Shown in pieces: positions 56,670 through 64,000 of a stretch of 64,000 nt of DNA. The position numbers and the translations under genes are program-made. The stretch is from the NCBI GenBank assembly GCA_001661245.1, contig KV454013.1, positions 1,458,502 through 1,522,501 on the forward strand, given 5' to 3'. The notes beneath the pieces were generated by a model. That model did no database searches, was not told the DNA's origin, and worked only from the letters and a program-made list of their open reading frames with translations. Each line of letters opens with the position of its first letter. Position 1 is the first letter of the stretch. Source of the stretch: Pachysolen tannophilus NRRL Y-2460 (lineage: Eukaryota).

Positions 56670-56933
56670 CTGGAAAAAAAAATAAAAAAGAAAATAAATC
56701 AGTTAGTAAATAATAACAAATATAAATCAATTTATGTAATAGAATAATAGATAATGTTTTCTTGTTTGATGAAAATAATCAACTATATATAAGGAAATTC
56801 AAACTCTATTTCCAATACTCTAGTTTTACTATGTGTGTATCTCTCTCTTTCTTTCTTTGTCTATCACTTTTTCTCTTTCTTTTCCTCTTTCTCTCTTTTC
56901 CTATTATTCCACTTTATTTTCAAATCAACTTAC
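56670..56933 (-). other. 5'-UTR intron of RPS8
   Basis: GTAAGT at 56933, TACTAAC at ~56708-56702, polypyrimidine tract, CAG ending at 56670, 8 nt before the ATG. Confidence 0.85.
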
Positions 56934-57158
56934 TTTATTGGTGATAATGACCTTTGAATAACAAAAAGAATATTAAACCAAGTGTATTGAAAAAAAAAAA
57001 AATTATATTTAAAAATTCTCTATGAGAAAACCAAAGGAGCTTTGCGCACAAGAGACAAAAGAAAGTGAAAAAAAAAATTTCATGAAAAATAAATTCAACA
57101 CAACACGCACGACTGTTTTTAAAAAGTTTCCCAAAGAAGTAATTCCAACTTTCCAACG

Positions 57159-57220
57159 TGTGACTGCTATAAAAATTGTGTTAATTTTTTTTTCTCACAA
57201 AGGAGGGCTAATAACCCTAA
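57159..57220. promoter_or_regulatory. Homol-D box and Tbf1-type inverted site in the RPS8/KTI11 promoter
   Basis: TGTGACTG (reverse of CAGTCACA) at 57159; AGGGCTA-A-TAACCCTAA at 57204-57220. Confidence 0.65.
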
Positions 57221-57533
57221 TCAGAAATTTTTATTTTTTCTTTTTCTTTCTTTTTCTTTTATTTATTTAGTTGAGTTTCAACGCACTACTTTTGTAAAAT
57301 TTCTTTTTTTTTTTCTTTTTCTTTTTTTACTTTGAGAACAAAAATTATTCCGTTTTCGGCAAAAGAAACAATTAGTTGTTCGACACACTACTGTTGTTTT
57401 AATGAGTTAAAAAAAAAATTACTTTGTAATAATGATTGATTAGGTAATTGAAAGAAGAAGAAGATTCTTTAATACTGTTTTATATCAAATTAAATTTAAA
57501 TCAAAATCAAAAAGAGTTATTGAGGAAAAAAAA

Positions 57534-57758
57534 ATGGCAACTACAACAGAGACCATCTATGATCAAATAGAAATAGAAGATTTTACGTTTGATCCAGTGA
57601 CAAAGTTATTTCAGTACCCTTGTCCATGTGGAGATAGGTTTCAGATAAGTCTTTACGATTTACAAGATGGGGAAGACGTTGCAGTTTGTCCCTCATGTAG
57701 TTTGATGGTACAAGTAATATTTGACGAAATTGATTTAAAATCGTATGCTGATGATTAG
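57534..57758 (+). CDS. KTI11: Diphthamide/Elongator CSL zinc finger
   Basis: [24 protein letters not shown]. Confidence 0.96.
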   Translation: MATTTETIYDQIEIEDFTFDPVTKLFQYPCPCGDRFQISLYDLQDGEDVAVCPSCSLMVQVIFDEIDLKSYADD

Positions 57759-57943
57759 AAGAAGGAAGTATAAAAAAAAAACTATTCATAATTAAGTTAA
57801 GGAATGTAAATAGTTGTATTATTTGATTTGATTTGGTTTTGGTTTGGTTTATAGGGAAGGGCTTTAATAATAATAATAATAATAATGTTAATAAAAATGA
57901 AAAATTGAAAAATTAGAAAAAAAAATTTTTTTTTTTTTATCTT

Positions 57944-58741
57944 TCAGTAGAGAAACCAGTATGACACTATAACGATCAACGCTATAACTAGAGTTATTAA
58001 AACTATACTTGTTCCTTCTTCTTTAGTTTGATTTCTATCTTCAGTTCTAATTTTATCCTCTTTGTTTGTATTAACACTATTGTTATTGTTACTGCTGGCA
58101 ACACCAGTAGTAGTATTAATACTAGGTTTCCTCTTATTTATTATAGAAGTAGTAGATGCAGTTGTATTATTTAAATTTCCTTGAATTCCTTGAAATTTAT
58201 TTAATCTTTCTTGTAAATTTTTAGCATCTTGTTCATGTCTTTGTTTTATAATTTGTCTATTTTTTTCAATTAATTCAGGAAAATTTTTAATGAATAAATT
58301 ATTTTTAGTAATATTATACATTAATGAATTTAAAGCACAATTTTTTTTAAAATCATCATCAGTTCTTATTGCCCCTGTAGTTGCTTCATCACCAGTCATA
58401 AAACTTAACAATCCAACTAATATCGTAGAAACAGACCATGAAGGATTCCATGTATCGGGATGAAAATCACTCATAGATAAACATAACCTTGTATTTGTTT
58501 TAAATCTTCCATTAGGTGTAACCATCATTATAGATGGAGGTTTAAATGGATATTCCGATGGGAAATGTAAAGTCCCATGATATTGTCCATTAAAATATGG
58601 TGTATCTGGAGGCCCACTGATTATATAATGCCATTCTAAAATATTTTCCTCTGATGGTTTAGCTATAATATATTGTGGAGGATTGGATTGAATCAGTTTA
58701 TACTCTTTAGCAAGCCTTTTTTGAGATTGTTTAGATGCCAT
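57944..58741 (-). CDS. UBC6: ER tail-anchored ubiquitin-conjugating enzyme
   Basis: TPNGRF..RLCLSMSDFHPDTWNPSW, C-terminal TM. Confidence 0.95.
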   Translation of the reverse strand: MASKQSQKRLAKEYKLIQSNPPQYIIAKPSEENILEWHYIISGPPDTPYFNGQYHGTLHFPSEYPFKPPSIMMVTPNGRFKTNTRLCLSMSDFHPDTWNPSWSVSTILVGLLSFMTGDEATTGAIRTDDDFKKNCALNSLMYNITKNNLFIKNFPELIEKNRQIIKQRHEQDAKNLQERLNKFQGIQGNLNNTTASTTSIINKRKPSINTTTGVASSNNNNSVNTNKEDKIRTEDRNQTKEEGTSIVLITLVIALIVIVSYWFLY

Positions 58742-59282
58742 AATATTAAATTAATTATTTAAATTTTTTTTAATAATAAACAATTTATTTTATCTTCAAA
58801 ACTAAATTCAATTTCTTTACTTCTTTTAATAGATTCAATACCAACAAATATCAGATAAGATAAAAACAATAATTTATAAGATTAAGTTTCTAAACTTTGC
58901 CGAAACGGATTTAACATCTTTTCAATAACATACATCTCTTTTTAACGGTTTCTTTCTGTCCAGTTGTCACTTTAAAAAAGACCAATAAAAAAATAGAAAA
59001 AAATAAAAAAAAAAATTGGGCGGAACTCGGGCGGAAACCCCTGCCTAAAAGTAACCTCATTTCCCGCCTAGTTTCCCGCCGCGTTCCCGCCTTTTTTCTT
59101 TGGGATTTTTTCTCTTTTTTTTGCCCACGGTCAAAAAAAGACTCAACGCACTATGAATAATACCAAATAAAACCTGGGTTTCTTTCTATATTTTATATAT
59201 TTTATATATTTTATATATAAAATAAATCTATAAATTTTTGGTCTTGGTTGATAATCGAAATTTTGTTGTTTTGGTTTTGGTG

Positions 59283-60272
59283 ATGACTGTGGATAAGACT
59301 CCAAATCATATAAAGTTATTAGCTGGAAATTCTCATTTGGAATTGGCACAAAAGATAGCATATGTATTAGATGCTACTTTATGTAAAGTTTATGTTAATC
59401 AGACAACAAATAGAGAGAGTGCAGTGACTATTGGTGAATCTATAAGAGATGAAGATGTTTATATTGTTCAAACAGGGTGTGGAGGAGATGCTATAAATGA
59501 TTATTTGATGGAACTTTTAATTTTAATTCATGCTTGTAAATCTGCTTCAGCAAGAAGAATTACTGCAATAATACCAAATTTTTTTTATGCAAGACAAGAT
59601 AAAAAGGATAAATCAAGAGCACCAATAACTGCAAAATTAATTGCTAATTTATTAACAACAGCTGGTTGTAATCATGTTATTACTTTGGATTTACATGCAT
59701 CACAAATTCAAGGGTTTTTCAATATACCTGTAGATAATTTATATGCAGAACCAAATGTATTAAGTTATATAAAGGAAAATATAATAAATAAATCACCAAA
59801 TGAAATTATAATTGTTTCTCCAGATGCAGGGGGTGCAAAGAGACTGGCTTCAATTGCAGACAAGTTGGATAAAAGTTTTGCTTTGATCCATAAGGAAAGG
59901 GCAAAACCAAATGAAGTTAGTAAAATGGTTTTAGTTGGTGATGTTACAGGGAAAACTTGTATTATAGTAGATGATATGGCAGATACTTGTGGAACTTTAT
60001 GTAAAGCAACAAATCTTTTATTAGAAGAAGGTAAAGCTAAAGAAGTTATTGGTATTGTTACTCATGGTATATTCTCCGGAACAGGAATCACCAGAATTAA
60101 TAATTCAAATATGTCAAAACTTGTATGTACAAATTCTTTACCATTAACTGAAAAATTAAAAGAATCAAATAAAATTGAAATTTTGGATATTAGTGGATTG
60201 TTAGCGGAAGCTATTAGAAGGTTACATAATGGTGAAAGTGTTTCTTATTTATTCACAAATGCAGTAGATTGA
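59283..60272 (+). CDS. Ribose-phosphate pyrophosphokinase (Prs2/Prs4-like)
   Basis: [55 protein letters not shown]. Confidence 0.95.
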   Translation: MTVDKTPNHIKLLAGNSHLELAQKIAYVLDATLCKVYVNQTTNRESAVTIGESIRDEDVYIVQTGCGGDAINDYLMELLILIHACKSASARRITAIIPNFFYARQDKKDKSRAPITAKLIANLLTTAGCNHVITLDLHASQIQGFFNIPVDNLYAEPNVLSYIKENIINKSPNEIIIVSPDAGGAKRLASIADKLDKSFALIHKERAKPNEVSKMVLVGDVTGKTCIIVDDMADTCGTLCKATNLLLEEGKAKEVIGIVTHGIFSGTGITRINNSNMSKLVCTNSLPLTEKLKESNKIEILDISGLLAEAIRRLHNGESVSYLFTNAVD

Positions 60273-60641
60273 AACATTTTTTTTTTTTGATTTTTGATTT
60301 GAAATTGTGATGTGAAATATCATATATATGATAGTATTGTTATGGCTGGTTTTTTTTTTTTTTTTCTTTTACTAAATAATAGTTATTCATTCCATATATC
60401 TATTTTCTAATTTGAACGTTTTATGAAAAGAAAAAAGCAAAAAAATATCATCAAAAGCTACAAAGACAATATGATGAAACTGAAAAATAATTTGTCATTA
60501 CTACTCTTTAAAAAATAAAAGGAATATAAAAAAAAAAAAAGAAAAACAAAAAGAAAAACCAAATGAAAATAACCTTTTTCTATTTTTGCAAAAGCCCAAT
60601 AATTCTTAAAATGTAATAAAACCTCATCTGAAATTGAAAAA

Positions 60642-63275
60642 TCAATCTTCTTTATTTTTTTTCCAAGAAAAACTCATACTCATTCTTGATTTCTTTTTGG
60701 AACCCAATTTATCATTTCCTGGAATCAAATTATTTGCGTTAATAAGAGAAAATTGACTAGATGCAGATGAATGCCTAGATTTCGGTAATGTAGCAGTTGC
60801 TGGTGGTTGACCCAAGACGGGTCCATAACCAGAAGATAATGAATGTGTACTATTTTCCATAGATGTGACCGAGCTACTATTATTGAATGCCGGAGGCGGT
60901 GGAGTTGGCAACGTATGGTGCTGCTTATTGTTTAATTCAGGAGAATCTCCTGAAAATGGATTTGTGGAATGATCTTCTTCTTCTTCTTCTCTTACTTGAT
61001 GAAGCGACAGTGATGTACTCTTATCGTTGTTATTTTCGTTATTATTAAAACCATTGATCTTTTCATTTAGTTTCCCAATATGCTCGTTAAATGACAAATC
61101 TAAAGTATTATTGTCTGTTCCTTCTCCATTATCTTCCTCGCCTATATCTTCTTTATCTAACCCATTGAATAAGTTTTTACTCATTAGTGTCAGTTCATCA
61201 ATTTCCTGATAAAATAACACATATGCAGTAGCTAAACCTGGACCATCACCAAAAAATCTGAAAACAAAATCTTCATCAATAAGTTCAACTGCTTCATCAT
61301 CAAATAATAACCATCCATAATCAGAAGTTTTTATCAAAGAAATGTAATGACCATGGTGCGGTCCACCACCAATATGAACTACTATTGCATATAATTCGTA
61401 CAACTTATCCGGTATAGCTGTATCATTTGTTGTATTGAAAATTCTTAAATTTTTTGGATAAGATACACAATGAAATAATTTTATATTTCGGTTTAAATTT
61501 TCCATATATTTAAACCTCTTTAAATGTAATGCTAATATTTTAGGAAGCTTTTTCAATTTAATAGTCTTTTCAGCTTCTTGTAAAGAATGACAACTATCAC
61601 AATAAAATTTGTTTTGTTCTTGCAACATTTCACTTTGCGAAAATTGTTTTAAACAATTGGTTACTGAAGAATTAGGTAGTAGGTCGATAGATAAATCCAA
61701 AAATTTTTCATCTCTTGCTGAAGTAGTTTCACAACTAAGACATGTAGTTTCACTAGTTAATAATCCTTCAAAAATTTCATGAATGTGGCTTCTTTCTTCG
61801 TCTAATTCCGAAACATTTGAGGGTTTCCTAGATTCAACGATTCCCTTTACAGCATTATCATCATATTGATCAACCACTTCTAATACAGTATTGATTAAAA
61901 AATTTAAAAATTCATGAGCGTCCTGGTGCATAGAACTCCTAAATAATTCATTCTCTTCTTTCAATATTTCTATAAATTTTTGAGGTGATACGATACCTGT
62001 TTTACTCCTATTTTCAGTCATGCATTCAAAACAATCTTTTAAAGCTGTAAACAAGGATTTTTCCATTTTGTATGTTTCATTATAAGAAATATCAAGGTTA
62101 ATAATAGGACCTTTCAATAAAGCCAGTCTTTTCCGCTGTTCTGCAGTGGCATTCAGGTCACTTATTCCAACAATTGATAAATTATGCTGTTGATTTTGGT
62201 TATAATCCAAATCCAAATCTTTTAATAAGGGGTATTTAGTTAACAATTGGTGTACATTAATCTGTACAAAAGGTACTGTACCATTGGTGCCATTACTATT
62301 ATGATTATTATTAGTAGCGTTACCAATGGTATTATTCTCGTTACTATTATTGTTATTATTTGTATTATTATTGATGATATTATTCCCACCATTATTAGAA
62401 TCAGTTATATTTCCATTATTTTTATTATTGGTAGAATTGTTGCTAGTATTTAGCAACCCATCAGATGATGATGCTGTGGTAACATTAGATAGTATATTGC
62501 CATTACCTGAGGATGTTGGAGCCCCGCTCCCGCTATCCTGATGATTTTTATTCATATTAAAAATTGATGCTTTCTTCTTATTCGAATTGCCATCATTAGT
62601 ACCATGACTTCCAGCGTTGTTAGTATTATTATTATTATTATTATTATTATTGCTGTTGTTGTTTGAGATAGTAGCAGTGGTGGAAGTAGTAGTTTCAGAA
62701 GTGCTATTAATACCTGTGTTATTTGAATGTGATGTATTTTGATTTTGACTATTTTGAGATGTTTGCGCAAAAGAATGAGGTTTTGATCCAGTAACATTAC
62801 CTCTTCTTTTCCTCGGATACGATGAACCCCTATCGGGGAAACTTATTATTGCTCTCCTAAAACTGTCGGTGTAAAATAAAACTTGAAGAATTGAATTAAA
62901 ATAACATGTGTTACCAAAATTTTCCATCCCAAATATCTTATCGGATCCATCACCAAATGGGAAATTTAAATCAGAAGTCACCGGCATATCCAGATCATCA
63001 TCATTCTGCTGGTGTTGTTGTTGCTGTTGCTGCTGCTCATTATCAGCACTCAACTGTCCAGCCACATCACTTGTATTTGTGCTTTCCCCCAGTGGAACAG
63101 ATTCTTTCAAACTATCCAAATTTGTTAGTTTATGACCATTGACATCCCCACTATTAACATTACTTGTCACAGATCTATTCACCGAGGGCTTAGTAACGGC
63201 ACCATTACCATTAGCACTCAGTTCAGCTTTCTTATTCTTCCCCTTCTCATGAGTAGACATAAATCGTTTAAACAT
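60642..63275 (-). CDS. Ubiquitin-specific protease (Ubp9/Ubp13, USP12/46-like)
   Basis: GMENFGNTCYFNS, HQDAHEF, LHLKRF, HIGGGPHHGHY, FDD, AYVLFY. Confidence 0.93.
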   Translation of the reverse strand: MFKRFMSTHEKGKNKKAELSANGNGAVTKPSVNRSVTSNVNSGDVNGHKLTNLDSLKESVPLGESTNTSDVAGQLSADNEQQQQQQQHQQNDDDLDMPVTSDLNFPFGDGSDKIFGMENFGNTCYFNSILQVLFYTDSFRRAIISFPDRGSSYPRKRRGNVTGSKPHSFAQTSQNSQNQNTSHSNNTGINSTSETTTSTTATISNNNSNNNNNNNNNTNNAGSHGTNDGNSNKKKASIFNMNKNHQDSGSGAPTSSGNGNILSNVTTASSSDGLLNTSNNSTNNKNNGNITDSNNGGNNIINNNTNNNNNSNENNTIGNATNNNHNSNGTNGTVPFVQINVHQLLTKYPLLKDLDLDYNQNQQHNLSIVGISDLNATAEQRKRLALLKGPIINLDISYNETYKMEKSLFTALKDCFECMTENRSKTGIVSPQKFIEILKEENELFRSSMHQDAHEFLNFLINTVLEVVDQYDDNAVKGIVESRKPSNVSELDEERSHIHEIFEGLLTSETTCLSCETTSARDEKFLDLSIDLLPNSSVTNCLKQFSQSEMLQEQNKFYCDSCHSLQEAEKTIKLKKLPKILALHLKRFKYMENLNRNIKLFHCVSYPKNLRIFNTTNDTAIPDKLYELYAIVVHIGGGPHHGHYISLIKTSDYGWLLFDDEAVELIDEDFVFRFFGDGPGLATAYVLFYQEIDELTLMSKNLFNGLDKEDIGEEDNGEGTDNNTLDLSFNEHIGKLNEKINGFNNNENNNDKSTSLSLHQVREEEEEDHSTNPFSGDSPELNNKQHHTLPTPPPPAFNNSSSVTSMENSTHSLSSGYGPVLGQPPATATLPKSRHSSASSQFSLINANNLIPGNDKLGSKKKSRMSMSFSWKKNKED

Positions 63276-63497
63276 CGCTATATCTTTTCAAGTTGATTTA
63301 CAATATATTTTCTTAGTAAGCGTCTATTCTAAACTTTTTTTTTTTTGTATTTTTAAATAAAATCAGTAAAATAGATAATTAATAAATGAAATTTAAAACT
63401 TTTTTTTTTAGCTAAACAGCTAACGCCATTACCTCAATTAATGAACGAATCTTATTTAAAAAGGCTGAATCGTGATATATTGACATATATATACAAA

Positions 63498-63528
<31 letters not shown>

Positions 63529-63615
63529 TATTATATAGTTAAAATCAATTGACGCTTTATTCAATGGCTTATTATATATTATAGGGGAAAAGTACTCAAA
63601 ATCACTTGATCCTAT

Positions 63616-64000
63616 TTACACTACCGCCGATGAAACCTCAGCTTGCAACAAGAGGCTAAATACGGCATCGAAGGGTCTGACATTGCTAATACTGTTGTTC
63701 TTATTGGTATTGTCTGTTGTATATTCATCTCCGATTGCACTGATTTCTTTGCTCCACTTGTCAATGTATTGAACTAGTCTCATTCCGGTGTTTGGGTTTA
63801 CTACGGCATCACAATTACAACTTTTCACTATACCCCATGTTAAGGAAATCATCTCCAACAAACATGATCTTGCAGCCGCGGGTTGATGCAGCATTGCCAA
63901 TTGGATTGATCTGTGCAAGGAGTTTACCATGATCAATTCAATTTGCCTTTTCACGAACAAGACTTCTCTTTGGGAAGAGATTGGAGGTAACACCGGAATG
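63616..64000 (-). CDS. 3' end of an unidentified protein entering from beyond the window
   Basis: Frame is open to the window edge and has coding-like composition; stop at 63616. Confidence 0.6.
   Translation of the reverse strand, partial: IPVLPPISSQREVLFVKRQIELIMVNSLHRSIQLAMLHQPAAARSCLLEMISLTWGIVKSCNCDAVVNPNTGMRLVQYIDKWSKEISAIGDEYTTDNTNKNNSISNVRPFDAVFSLLLQAEVSSAVV

Noticed and set aside
8756..62126. CUG-Ser (Candida-type) code
   Set aside because: The informative CTG positions align to Ala rather than Ser in the orthologues I recall.
1..64000. tRNA genes, rRNA, LTR elements, CRISPR arrays
   Set aside because: None recognised by eye. tRNAscan-SE and repeat searches were not run, so small elements could be missed.

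Overview
AT-rich, gene-dense chromosomal window from a budding yeast (Saccharomycotina). It holds about 36 protein genes, several of them spliced, one box C/D snoRNA (snR56) and an N-gap with a duplicated contig end. CTG codons repeatedly sit at positions that are alanine in orthologues, so the genome very likely uses the CUG-Ala code (Pachysolen/Nakazawaea/Peterozyma clade, table 26), and the supplied ORF translations are wrong at CTG. The ORF track misses a >=1499-codon ABCC transporter running off the left edge, and the spliced 5' exons of PRE6, FUM1, COF1, LSM1 and an LDB18-like gene. The most unusual object is a 924-aa ORF (40643-43417). It follows the valyl-tRNA synthetase scaffold along its length but has lost the HIGH, KMSKS and editing motifs, and it shares a 177-bp bidirectional promoter with the mitochondrial tRNA thiouridylase SLM3. 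Other points of interest are a CENP-B/pogo-derived DNA-binding protein without a DDE domain, a snoRNA that appears to be intronic in a non-coding host, a recurrent unassigned promoter motif RCACKACY, and several dense motif arrays. All homology calls are by eye from remembered family motifs; no searches were run.
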